From NCBI GenBank assembly GCA_050250895.1, contig JBFWNU010000001.1:1902884-1966883 (forward strand): a stretch of 64,000 nt of DNA, written 5' to 3'. Each line of letters starts with the position of its first letter. The first letter of the stretch is position 1. Positions 37,676 to 46,980 of the stretch are shown piece after piece. The translations under genes were made by a program, and so were the position numbers. This stretch comes from Vulcanimicrobiota bacterium (GTDB lineage Bacteria; Vulcanimicrobiota; Xenobia; Xenobiales; JADMJV01). A model generated the notes under the pieces. The model saw only the letters and a list, made by a program, of their open reading frames with translations, had not been told where the DNA came from and searched no databases.

Positions 37676-37957
37676 GTGAAACACAGAATGCTTCTTCTTC
37701 TTTTGCTTACGGTATTTGCCCTGGCTGACACCCACGTCATCGAAGGCTCCAGCGTGGTCAAGCGCGTGGGGGTCAAGCCTGGGGACACCGTCAAGCTCGA
37801 GGCGGTCGACACCCAGGTGACCATTGTCGGTAATGGCGATGTCTTCCACATCGACGGCTCGGGCAACAAGACAGTCTGGGTGCGCCAGCCGGGTGCAAAG
37901 CCGCCGCGGGTCGAGCGAGAAGGTTGGGATAACCTCTCCGAGGTCGCCGAGCCCTAG
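37676..37957 (+). CDS. small secreted protein (DUF3060-like)
   Basis: Signal peptide; VTIVGNGDVFHIDGSGN. Confidence 0.5.
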   Translation: MKHRMLLLLLLTVFALADTHVIEGSSVVKRVGVKPGDTVKLEAVDTQVTIVGNGDVFHIDGSGNKTVWVRQPGAKPPRVEREGWDNLSEVAEP

Positions 37958-38108
37958 TCGGACTTCTCCAGCCCATTCTTGCCCGAGTATCTCAACCACC
38001 GACCGCCCGGACGCGCCGAAAGATAGCACTTTCCCCCTTACTTCCGAGAAGTACCGGCGGTTCACTTCTGACGAAGGCCGGCATGCCTGCCCGCGCGAAG
38101 TAATCTGG

Positions 38109-38300
38109 ATGCACCCCGCTCTGGCAGCTACCGTGGGTTGCCTGCTGGCTACCCTGGTGATCTTCCTGGCCAGCGACCCTCTACGAAGCCTGATCGAAAG
38201 GCGAGGCCTTACGGCCGACGTCAAGCTCTGGACGACGCTCTTGATGGGTTTGTTCGAAGTAGCGACCGTGGGCTGCTTGATCTGGTTCTGGGCGAGCTAG
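38109..38300 (+). CDS. small two-TM membrane protein
   Basis: Two hydrophobic helices. Confidence 0.45.
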   Translation: MHPALAATVGCLLATLVIFLASDPLRSLIERRGLTADVKLWTTLLMGLFEVATVGCLIWFWAS

Positions 38301-38389
38301 CCCTGATGAGCCGCTGAGTGCACCACCAACGCGGAAAAAGGCTTGAACACTAGCTTGTCTTGAAGAGTGCGAACTGGTAGCCTGAGACT

Positions 38390-39166
38390 ATGCAAAGGTT
38401 GCGCCGAAGGAGGTTGGCATCGCTGGCGATAGCCGCCCTCTCGCTAATCCTGGCCGCGACCGTGGGCGCGGGCCTCGAGGCAATCGTCAGGACCCGAGCG
38501 ACGGTCGATTTCACTATTCACTATGCCCTGGTGGGTCTCGACGGGGGGCACGTCTCCAGTCGCGTTTGGGCCAGCCTGGCCGACCAGGCCGAGAGATCGT
38601 GGTATCGACGCGGAGACGCCCGATGGGTGGATCACATGGTGGGTGACTATTTTGTGCCCAACGCCTGGTATGAAGAGCTCCACCCAACCAGGCGCAGCGT
38701 GCGAACGGGCACCAGACTCAATGGCGTGCGACTGGGAGCCGATTGCAACGAAGTCCGGTCCGTACTCGGTGACCCGGCCCAATGGAGCCCCGAACCCAGC
38801 TTTGCAGCATCAGCTTTGCCAGAGGGGTGCCGTTTCGCGGTCTACGGAGGGACCGTCGAGGTGGCCGGTCTTTCAGGACCGGAGGTGATCGTGGCCTTTC
38901 GCGAAGAGAAAGTGGCGGCAGTCTGGGGAACGCGACTCGAGCGGCCCAGCGGGCCGGCGGTGGCCTCCGGCCTCCCGATTGAGCAGCTCTACCGGGTGCT
39001 GGGCCGACCGGATTGGGTAGACTACGTCGATTCTTTCGGCTACGCCGAGCACTTTGCTCGCGGCGCCCGCTTCGAGTCCCTGCAATTGACGGCCGAGGTC
39101 TACCGTGGGCAGGTCGGGCTTTTCCAGCTTGCTGGCGAGCAGTTTTACTATCCCTCACAGCCCTGA
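38390..39166 (+). CDS. hypothetical exported protein
   Basis: N-terminal TM; GVRLG..EVRSVLGDP and VLGRPD segments. Confidence 0.6.
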   Translation: MQRLRRRRLASLAIAALSLILAATVGAGLEAIVRTRATVDFTIHYALVGLDGGHVSSRVWASLADQAERSWYRRGDARWVDHMVGDYFVPNAWYEELHPTRRSVRTGTRLNGVRLGADCNEVRSVLGDPAQWSPEPSFAASALPEGCRFAVYGGTVEVAGLSGPEVIVAFREEKVAAVWGTRLERPSGPAVASGLPIEQLYRVLGRPDWVDYVDSFGYAEHFARGARFESLQLTAEVYRGQVGLFQLAGEQFYYPSQP

Positions 39167-39209
39167 GTCCCTCTGCGGGGAATAGGATGTCGAGGGCGAA
39201 GGCGGGCTC

Positions 39210-40583
39210 ATGCTCTCGCTTGCCCTCGGCTGCCTTCTAACGCCTATCCTTTTCGTCTTCTTTGCTGCGGTGTTGCCCGAGGGCACGGCCCGGCGCGGGC
39301 TCGGGCCCTACCTTTGTCTGGGCCTGGTGGGTTGGGCGCTGGTCTGGGGTCCACAACTGAGCCCGGCCGCGCGGCTGCTCGTCTGTAGTTTGTGGCTGCT
39401 CTACTGTCTCAAAGGATGGAGTCTGCTCAAGCTGCCAAGAGAAGCCGTGCGAGGCTTTTCTCCCCTCGGGTTGCTGCTCTACTCCTACCCCTGGCCGGGG
39501 GTCGACCCCAGACCCTTCCAAAAGCGTACAGAACCCGACCAGGGCGCGGCCCGCTGGTTCGTGTTCGGCTTTCCCACGATGTGCCTGGGAATCCTCGCCG
39601 TGCTACTATTGGCGCTGCAGGCCGAAGCTCTGGCGCCAAGCGCGCTGGGCCTAGCCGGCACGACAGCCCTGTTGGTGACCGTCCATCTCGGCTACAGCGA
39701 TATCCTGAGCAGCCTGGTTCGTCTGCTCGGATTTCGCGCCTCGCGGCTGTTCGTCCATCCTCTGGCCAGCCGCTCCCTCAACGAATTCTGGAGCCGTCGC
39801 TGGAACGGTCCCTTCGTCGAGATGAACCGGCTGCTCTTCCGGCCGTTGCTGAAAGGCCGTTTCTCGGCGGGCACCGTGGTGGTGCTGCTCTTCTTGCTCT
39901 CGGGCCTGCTCCACGAGATGGCGCTTAGCTTTCCGGCTCAGGCCGGGTGGGGTGGACCATTGGCCTATTTCGGGGTCCAGGGCGGCCTCATGTTGATCGA
40001 GAAGCGCTGGCGAGTCAAGCATTGGAACGGCCTGACGGCCCGGCTCTGGACCTGGTTCTGGCTGCTGGCCCCGGCGCCGCTGCTGTTTCACGGGCCGTTC
40101 CGCGAGACTCTGGTGTTGCCGCTCTATGCGGCGCTGCATAGTCTGCCTCCGCTCTCCAACCCATTGGCCTTCGCAAGGGCCGCCCTCACAGCCGTCGGCT
40201 GCGGCCATTTTTTGGTGTTGGTGGCGAGCTTTCAGGTTCCCCATCGTCTGGGCTGGAAAGAGGAACTCGCTCGTCTGCGCCCCCTCAATCGCAAGCTGCT
40301 CTGGACCTACGGCGCCTACATCGTCGGCATGATCACCACCTGGGGAGTCCTGACCCTGAACCTGCTTCCCGAATTACTGGCCGGCGAGAAGAGCGCCCTG
40401 GCCCTGGCCATCGTGATCGCCGTCTTCTGGTGGTCGCGCATCGTGGTCGACACCTTTTACTTCGAGCATTCCGACTGGCCCGAAGGGGTCGAGTTCATCC
40501 TCGGCCACACCATGCTGACCAGCCTCTTCGTCACCATCGCCTCCACCTACACCACGCTGCTGGTCTGGCATTGGTGGCACTGA
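39210..40583 (+). CDS. MBOAT family membrane-bound O-acyltransferase with an extra C-terminal membrane domain
   Basis: PLASRSLNEFWSRRWN; FLLSGLLHE. Confidence 0.85.
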   Translation: MLSLALGCLLTPILFVFFAAVLPEGTARRGLGPYLCLGLVGWALVWGPQLSPAARLLVCSLWLLYCLKGWSLLKLPREAVRGFSPLGLLLYSYPWPGVDPRPFQKRTEPDQGAARWFVFGFPTMCLGILAVLLLALQAEALAPSALGLAGTTALLVTVHLGYSDILSSLVRLLGFRASRLFVHPLASRSLNEFWSRRWNGPFVEMNRLLFRPLLKGRFSAGTVVVLLFLLSGLLHEMALSFPAQAGWGGPLAYFGVQGGLMLIEKRWRVKHWNGLTARLWTWFWLLAPAPLLFHGPFRETLVLPLYAALHSLPPLSNPLAFARAALTAVGCGHFLVLVASFQVPHRLGWKEELARLRPLNRKLLWTYGAYIVGMITTWGVLTLNLLPELLAGEKSALALAIVIAVFWWSRIVVDTFYFEHSDWPEGVEFILGHTMLTSLFVTIASTYTTLLVWHWWH

Positions 40584-41083
40584 CCGTGCTGGTGATTCAG
40601 AGAATCACGCTGAAGTGGACCAAGAAGTCGCGCGGGCAACCCGGTGCGGGCAGGCGGACCCAGGTCCCAGACACTCTCATCGTCCCTCACCCGCAGGTGC
40701 CTGACGCTGGTGACTGGATCGTTCATGACGTGCTTTCTCTTGAATGGCAGGGGTTTGAGCTCGCCGAGACCGTCCGCCGACTTGATGCCTACTCTGTTCC
40801 ACCCCTAGAAGTCACACTCGACAACGACCTGGTCATCGTAACCTACTCGCGCGAGAGTATGGGAGCACCAGCCACACCGGCGAGCTGCCAGCCACGCCGA
40901 GTGCTGCGCTTGAGCAGGGGCGAAGTGGGTCAGGTCAAAGCTTGGGGACGCAAGAGCGGTGAGGACCTCTGGGAATATCGACAGGTGGTTGCCAACCTTT
41001 GCTTGCTCTCTCGTTGGAACCCGCGAATCTTTCGTGAGCGCCGGCCGGACCAGAGGTTTGAGGATTTGCCAACCTTGCGCTAG
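40574..41083 (+). CDS. hypothetical protein
   Basis: ORF following the MBOAT gene; start uncertain. Confidence 0.5.
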   Translation: MALTVLVIQRITLKWTKKSRGQPGAGRRTQVPDTLIVPHPQVPDAGDWIVHDVLSLEWQGFELAETVRRLDAYSVPPLEVTLDNDLVIVTYSRESMGAPATPASCQPRRVLRLSRGEVGQVKAWGRKSGEDLWEYRQVVANLCLLSRWNPRIFRERRPDQRFEDLPTLR

Positions 41084-41156
41084 CCGCTCGAGGAGTGTCT
41101 GCGACCGGTCATCCTGGGGCGAAGGCGTAGCCCGAGTTAGCCCGAATCTGGCGGCC

Positions 41157-41537
41157 ATGAAAAAGTATCTGCTCGCTCTGATGGTTCTCTTCTTCCTTCC
41201 CCTCTCGGCCCCGGCCCAGGAACGAGAGGAAGAACTCCATTTCAAGCCCGGCGCCTCCAGCATCCAGATTAACCGCGGCATCGCTCGGGGCGAGACCATG
41301 CGGTTTCTGCTCGGCGCCCGCGGTGGCCAGACCATGAAAGTGGTGGTTCAATCGGTCGAGAGCAACGCCGTCTTCGAAGTCATCGGCAACGGCGGTAGCC
41401 TGGGTCAATCGGCCCCCGCCAACGGCAAGCAGAAATGGAGCGGGGTCATTCCCGGCTACGGCGACGACACCATCGCCATCGTAGTCGGATCGGAACGGGG
41501 CGGCTCGGACTTCAATCTCTACGTCGAGATCCGCTAG
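41157..41537 (+). CDS. small secreted beta-sandwich protein (PPC-like)
   Basis: Signal MKKYLLALMVLFFLPLSAPA; FKPGASS..ARGGQTM..FNLYVEIR. Confidence 0.7.
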   Translation: MKKYLLALMVLFFLPLSAPAQEREEELHFKPGASSIQINRGIARGETMRFLLGARGGQTMKVVVQSVESNAVFEVIGNGGSLGQSAPANGKQKWSGVIPGYGDDTIAIVVGSERGGSDFNLYVEIR

Positions 41538-41569
41538 CTCGTAACCGCTTGCGCCTGCCGCGGCTTCGC

Positions 41570-42095
41570 TCCCGCGGAATCCCGGAGCACGCTCCCACAA
41601 AGCCCGGGAGCTGACCGTCTCGAGCGTTAGCTCCGACGGAATCCCGGAGCATGCTCCCACAAAACCCGGGAGCCAACCGGCTCGGGCGTTGGCTCCGACA
41701 GAATCCCGGAGCATGCTCCCACAAAACCCGGGAGCCAGCGCCACCCGCGGAGCCAAGCCGCCGCCGGCTAGGTCAGCCCCGCCCGCGACCACCCGCGAAG
41801 CCCGGGGGGCGACCGTCTCGGGCGTCAGTTGCGACGGATTCCCCGAGCGTGCTCCCACGAACCCGGGAGCCAACCGGCTCGGGCGTTGGCTCCGACAGAA
41901 TCCCGGAGCACGCTCCCATAAAACCCGGGAGCCAACGCCACCCGCGGAGCCAGGCCGCCGCCAGCTAGGTCACCCGCCCGCGACCACCCGCGAAGCCGGG
42001 GCCGACCGTCTTGGGCGTTAGCTCCGACGGAATCCCGGAGCATGCTCCCACAAAACCCGGGAGCCAGCGCCGCCCGCGGAGCCCAGGCCGCCGCC
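41570..42095. repeat. intergenic palindromic repeat cluster (REP/BIME-like)
   Basis: Six copies of GAATCCCGGAGCAYGCTCCCACAAAACCCGGGAGC at 41577, 41639, 41701, 41837 (degenerate), 41898 and 42030. Confidence 0.85.
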
Positions 42096-42191
42096 CGCTC
42101 GGCCAGCGTCCGGCCGCCCTTTAATCTCCTGTTCACAACCCGCCGCAGCGCGGGCGTTAAAGTGCCCCCAGCAGGAAACAGGAGGGGAACC

Positions 42192-43199
42192 ATGCACGTC
42201 ACTCACTCATTGAACCCGGCCCGGGTGCCGACCCACGATCCGCTTGTCGGCCGGGTGGTCGGACACATGATGGCCGGCCAGGCCCAGTGGAACAAGCCCG
42301 AAGAAGTCCATCTCTCGGGCCACAGCGACAGCGGCCAGATCAAGCTCACTTTCAAACGCCAGGACGACGGCAGCGTCAGCGCCGACGGCTATTGCGGCTC
42401 GGTCGAGATCCACGAGAGCTATAGCGGCGTGAACACCGAGGCTTTCGGTACCTCAGACAAAAGCCGCCTCTTCGGCGTGGCGGGTAATGCTTTGCAGAAC
42501 GTGGTGGCCAGGGTCTCGGGCACGGTCGGCGGAGAAGCGGTGGACATCGCCGTCACGGGCCAGCGCAGTGAGCGTCCAATCCAGCTGACCGAGGAGCTGA
42601 AGGCCAAGAGCCCCCCGGCGGGATTTTCGATGGGCAGCAAGATCCATCAAAGCCCAGCCTTTGGCGGCGCGTCGGTGACGACCTACACCACGCCGAATCC
42701 GTTTCCCACCGAAACCACACCCATCGAGACCACCGACAACCTGGCCGTGCGCGGTAAGGTCGGCAAGCTCGAGTTCGCCAACTTTCTAGAGTGGAAAACC
42801 ACCAGCTGGACCACCGTCTGGAACACCACCGACGGTTGGAACTGGCAGCAGTTTCACACCGTCGATTCGGGCAAGCTACGCGAGCAGTGCAAGCTCGGCG
42901 AGCAAGAGACTCGCACCGGTCAGGCCATCGCCTTCGAGGTCACGCCAGGGCCGTTCGCCAGCGGCCAGGGCTCGCTGGTGACCACCGACGCCAACGGCAA
43001 TGCTCAGAGCACGCCGCTGGAGAAGAGTTATCAGACCCTGCGCGAGAAGGGTGGCGTGGTGCATGTCGAGCAGCGTTACGGGGATCACAACATGGAGTTC
43101 GACATCTACACCCTCGACTCCAACGGCGCCCGAGTGGGCATGGTCACTGAGCCGCAGCGCGAAGAGCAAAGGATTGACCAAGGGCCTGTCGGGCAATAG
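42192..43199 (+). CDS. hypothetical protein
   Basis: RBS GGAGGGG before the ATG at 42192. Confidence 0.7.
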   Translation: MHVTHSLNPARVPTHDPLVGRVVGHMMAGQAQWNKPEEVHLSGHSDSGQIKLTFKRQDDGSVSADGYCGSVEIHESYSGVNTEAFGTSDKSRLFGVAGNALQNVVARVSGTVGGEAVDIAVTGQRSERPIQLTEELKAKSPPAGFSMGSKIHQSPAFGGASVTTYTTPNPFPTETTPIETTDNLAVRGKVGKLEFANFLEWKTTSWTTVWNTTDGWNWQQFHTVDSGKLREQCKLGEQETRTGQAIAFEVTPGPFASGQGSLVTTDANGNAQSTPLEKSYQTLREKGGVVHVEQRYGDHNMEFDIYTLDSNGARVGMVTEPQREEQRIDQGPVGQ

Positions 43200-43304
43200 C
43201 CACTAACCTCCAGAACGCGCTGGTTAAGGCTTCCTCTCTTTTTCTATAAAATTTTAGTGCAGATGTGTACATTTAAGCCACATCAATGTCTGGAGGGTTC
43301 TCGC

Positions 43305-43946
43305 ATGCGCGCTCTATGTGCAAATGGAGGCTATCCAGCCAACGCTCATCACCAGAACGTCCGAAGAGGAGTCAACCAGCAGCAGCCGCTCGGCGACCGC
43401 GTCACCTTCTCTTCTTTGACTAAAGCTGAACAGGACAGCGCCGTTCAGAAGCTGATCGAACTCGATTCCAAAGGGCGGCTATTCCTGGCCAATCAAGATG
43501 GCAAGCTTCGCCGGGTCGGCCCAGAAGAGGCGGCCTCGGCCCTCGACAGCGGCCCGACGGTTTTTCTAGCCCGTGAGGTGGCCGAACTCGGCCGCAACCA
43601 GTCCTCGTCGGGCACCTGGAACAAGCGAGGCTGGTCCGGCCCGGTGCTTTATAGCGAATCGGGCGCGGCCGCCGGAAGCTATGCGAGTCGCACCGTCAAC
43701 TTCGCCACCAGCCAGCTCAATAGCTGGCCCCAACTCCGATTTGTCAACGCAGCTACCAACGGCGTTCCTGGAACGCCCGAATTGCCGGGCCCTGCCGGTT
43801 CGGTCAAAGTGAGTGAAAGCTGGGAAAGCTGGCGCAGCGTCCAGACCCAGGGCGTCAGAATCGGACACTGGGGCGGGTTGGCCGTCGGCGACGGAAGCAG
43901 CCACCAGACCGAACTGGACTCGGGCTTCCTTTCGCCCAGAGGCTAA
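43305..43946 (+). CDS. hypothetical protein
   Basis: RBS GGAGGG before the ATG at 43305. Confidence 0.6.
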   Translation: MRALCANGGYPANAHHQNVRRGVNQQQPLGDRVTFSSLTKAEQDSAVQKLIELDSKGRLFLANQDGKLRRVGPEEAASALDSGPTVFLAREVAELGRNQSSSGTWNKRGWSGPVLYSESGAAAGSYASRTVNFATSQLNSWPQLRFVNAATNGVPGTPELPGPAGSVKVSESWESWRSVQTQGVRIGHWGGLAVGDGSSHQTELDSGFLSPRG

Positions 43947-43948
43947 CC

Positions 43949-44992
43949 GTGCAAATCAACCACTACCGACCATCCCCCCTGGCTCGATTGGACCGCCAGT
44001 TGGCCCAGGGGGAGGTGCCCCACGATCTAGAGACGATCGTCAAGCGGGACAGCGGTCTGGACCGCTTCGCGTCCACCGATCTGGTGGCCAGCCGACCGGG
44101 CATCTGGCGCTCGCTCAAAGCCGACGTGAGAGGTCACGCTCAGGAACGCTCGCGCTACCTGACCTGGATGAGGGCGGATAGCCTTTGTCAAGCCGTTCTG
44201 TTCGGCGCTGTGGGGGTGGCCGCTTATGGTCTCTTCACCCATGGACCGGTCTGGGGTAGCGCCGTCGCCTTTGGCCTGGGCGCCCTCGTGGGGGCGGCCA
44301 CTGCTTCCAAGCAGTGCGCAGCCGCGAAAACGGGCCAGGTCAAGATTCTCGTAGACGGGCAGACCAGTAGCCGGCAGCCCTATTACAGTCATCCCAACAG
44401 TTACAAGAGAACTCCTCAGGAGTTGCGTTCTCTGCTGATGGCCGTCGGAGCTTTAGGTGACGAGATTACCCCGGGCGCCCAACCTTCGCTGACGCCCAAC
44501 CCGACGGCCTCGGCCAGTTGGAATGCGAGCGCCGACCGTTTGGCCGAGCTGGATTCGGCCCGCCGGTTGGTGGCCGACCTGGGCCATCAATCCCGTTACG
44601 GCAAGCCCACCTTAAGCCTGGTCGACCCCCACGTGGCCGTCGAGGTCTTAGCCAGCGGTGGGCGGGTGGCGGCGGTGCGAGTGGAGTCGGTCGCGGACCG
44701 TGCCCACAGCTATCAAGCCCACGCCGAGAGCGGTGACGGCAGCCGCATCCAGCTTGAGGATCATCACTATACCACCCGTTCCATCAGCTATCGCCTCGAC
44801 CCGATTCGTGAGCCTGACGACCTGACCAGATTGGCCGAGGGCGAAGGGCTGCCGCCGGGATTCTGTGGAGTCTATGCCGACGGTTCACCCTGTGAACTGC
44901 AAGTTCGCAACGAAGAAACGCACACCAGCCGGGTGCGCACCCCCGACCGGCAATCCGATGGCTATCTTCATGGTCGCCTGACGGTGAACTAG
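43949..44992 (+). CDS. hypothetical membrane protein
   Basis: GTG start 2 bp after the upstream stop; central Gly/Ala hydrophobic hairpin. Confidence 0.6.
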   Translation: MQINHYRPSPLARLDRQLAQGEVPHDLETIVKRDSGLDRFASTDLVASRPGIWRSLKADVRGHAQERSRYLTWMRADSLCQAVLFGAVGVAAYGLFTHGPVWGSAVAFGLGALVGAATASKQCAAAKTGQVKILVDGQTSSRQPYYSHPNSYKRTPQELRSLLMAVGALGDEITPGAQPSLTPNPTASASWNASADRLAELDSARRLVADLGHQSRYGKPTLSLVDPHVAVEVLASGGRVAAVRVESVADRAHSYQAHAESGDGSRIQLEDHHYTTRSISYRLDPIREPDDLTRLAEGEGLPPGFCGVYADGSPCELQVRNEETHTSRVRTPDRQSDGYLHGRLTVN

Positions 44993-45016
44993 TCGGAACC
45001 GTTTCCGCCTGCGGAC

Positions 45017-45793
45017 CTAAGAATTGACGGCCTCACTGGCCTCATATCCATCCTTATCCTCGAGCGGCTTGAACAGCTCGCTGTCATAAGGGGAAAAAAT
45101 GCGTGAGTTGACTCTGAGTAGGCAGAAGCAGCGGTACTGAATTGGCGCGTCTTTCGTCACTCCTTTGACTGATACTTCCGGCGGTTCTCCGGCCGAGTTT
45201 CGCAAAGCAGCCAAAATGGCGCTACTGAGGTAACGAGGGACATAGCCCACAATGTGTTTGTCTTCGGTACGCAGGCCGACAGCCTCTGCGTCGACATCGT
45301 TCTGCACGTCCCAGAACAGTCGCAGGCGTTCCCCACTTTCGAGGGTCCAAGCCCGTCGTTGGGAACTATCCGGCAGATATCTAAGTCCCCGGAGGGGGAA
45401 GACAAGATGATAGAGGTCATTACTCGGCTCTGGCTGTGGAAAAATTTCCAGGTGATCAGTCATTCGGCGACTTTCTCGCGAGAGGATTAGGAAGGGGTCT
45501 GAGTTCAAAGGAAGCAGCAGCCAGCCTAAATAGCTGTCAAATTCCGGTCGTGAGTGTGGCATGATTCTGTTCTTAAAGGGAGGAAACAACTCTCGCGACC
45601 TGTATACGCGGTGCCTATCTGGAAAGGCTAGGAAAGGTCTGAATCCGTGCTCCACGGCGATTTCAGAGCCTTGAACATACTCAAAGACAAAGTCAACTCC
45701 GTCTCTCGACAGTTTCCCAACGGGGATCCACCTCCTAGCATCGGAAGCCAGCCAGCCAACGAATAGTGCTTTAATCCTCTGAGGGTCTTCCAC
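45017..45793 (-). CDS. HIRAN-domain protein (HipA-associated)
   Basis: LFPPFKNRIMPHSRPEF; QNDVDAEAVGL..VGYVPRYL. Confidence 0.8.
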   Translation of the reverse strand: MEDPQRIKALFVGWLASDARRWIPVGKLSRDGVDFVFEYVQGSEIAVEHGFRPFLAFPDRHRVYRSRELFPPFKNRIMPHSRPEFDSYLGWLLLPLNSDPFLILSRESRRMTDHLEIFPQPEPSNDLYHLVFPLRGLRYLPDSSQRRAWTLESGERLRLFWDVQNDVDAEAVGLRTEDKHIVGYVPRYLSSAILAALRNSAGEPPEVSVKGVTKDAPIQYRCFCLLRVNSRIFSPYDSELFKPLEDKDGYEASEAVNS

Positions 45794-46688
45794 GGCAAAT
45801 CTCGTCCTTGTTCCTTTGCAGTAAGCGAATCACGAACTCTCGATGGCACGTAGCTATTCGTGAGGACGGAATCTGATTTACTATCGACGTGAATTTTTCG
45901 GTGCTCACATCACCGATGCAACCGCGCCAATGCCGAACGTCCTCGGGCCAAAGCCCCTTCGCCTCGGCAAGCGCTGCGATCGGCGAGATGGGTTTTTGAC
46001 TTCCGCTCGCAGCGTAGAAAGCCGACTTCGCTCGCGTGGCGTAACCCTCAGGGGTGCGATTCTGGTCGTTTGTTGCGAGCCTTTCCCTCACTGCTTCCTC
46101 CTGAAGCTCACGGCCCAAGCTTGACGCATGATCGTAGCTTGGGGCCAGCAGGTAGCTCCCATCTGAAAGCTCTATTACTCCCCAGTTTTCGTGGTGCCGA
46201 TCCGTGTTACCGATCCAGGCATCCAAAGCGAGTATTCCTGTGAAAGCGCGGCTCCAGGACATTTCTCCCCATCCACGGAGGCTGGCCACTTTAGCAAGTG
46301 CTTTGCCGGCAGCTTCCACGGTATGTTCGTGGACTCCCCGGAGCTGGGCCCTTGGATAGGCCGGGTCAATGCCGAATAGCAGCTCATTGCCGTGGTGAAG
46401 ATGTCCGTGGCGCGGGACAAAGCTGGTGGAGATGGTCCCTTTCTTTCCTTTGAACTCGGCCAAGTCAATATGGGCGTGACTAACCCCGAGCAGCCCGCCG
46501 AGCTCCGCTCCGAGCTTTTCGGACCAGTCTTCTCCGGTGTTTGGCCGTGCGTATTTGAACAGCACTTGTCTCCTTTTCTGGTTCGGCTCCTCGATATAAT
46601 ACCAGAACTTTGACTTGGTCCCGAGATGCTCACTGAAGATCTCTACATTAGGTGGGACAATTTCTATCCCGAATTTCGACTCAGGCAC
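45771..46688 (-). CDS. HipA-like kinase
   Basis: GTKSKFW; LFKY..GEDWSEK; LDAWIGNTDRHHENWG; LAPSYDHASSLG. Confidence 0.85.
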   Translation of the reverse strand: MPESKFGIEIVPPNVEIFSEHLGTKSKFWYYIEEPNQKRRQVLFKYARPNTGEDWSEKLGAELGGLLGVSHAHIDLAEFKGKKGTISTSFVPRHGHLHHGNELLFGIDPAYPRAQLRGVHEHTVEAAGKALAKVASLRGWGEMSWSRAFTGILALDAWIGNTDRHHENWGVIELSDGSYLLAPSYDHASSLGRELQEEAVRERLATNDQNRTPEGYATRAKSAFYAASGSQKPISPIAALAEAKGLWPEDVRHWRGCIGDVSTEKFTSIVNQIPSSRIATCHREFVIRLLQRNKDEICRGRPSED

Positions 46689-46733
46689 GCTGCGTGTGAA
46701 TTTCTTGAATCAGCTTGAGCGACCTGCCCGTCG

Positions 46734-46775
46734 TTAAAAAGAAGAGAGAACCGCACGGCTGCGCGGTTCTCTCTT
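46734..46775 (-). terminator. intrinsic terminator downstream of the tRNA 3' end
   Basis: 13-bp stem AAGAGAGAACCGC (46742-46754) / GCGGTTCTCTCTT (46763-46775), followed by a T run on the minus strand. Confidence 0.8.
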
Positions 46776-46822
46776 GGTGGGTCGTGTAGGATTTGAACCT
46801 ACGACCACCTGATTAAAAGTCA
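46775..46822 (-). other. 3' fragment of tRNA-Lys(UUU); att junction of an integrated element
   Basis: Minus strand TGACTTTTAATCAGGTGGTCGTAGGTTCAAATCCTACACGACCCACCA covers anticodon loop, T-arm and CCA; upstream sequence lacks a D-arm and a full anticodon stem. Confidence 0.85.
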
Positions 46823-46980
46823 CACTCGGTCTGTGACGCTAGATGCCGACCCGTGTCGAGAAGTGCCATTTGACGCCGTTTCGATGTCGCTCTGTCTGGT
46901 CTCGTTCCGGGTCGTGTCGGCTTGTTGGTCCCCAGCCGGTCCCCAGGAGGCATTCTTAGGGACCAGACGAAGCGCCGCCC

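Noticed and set aside
41570-42095. CRISPR array
   Set aside because: The sequences between repeats are themselves repeated and irregular in length, and there are no cas genes in the window
46775-46852. Intact tRNA-Lys gene
   Set aside because: No D-arm consensus and only 3 bp of the anticodon stem pair; better explained as an att duplication
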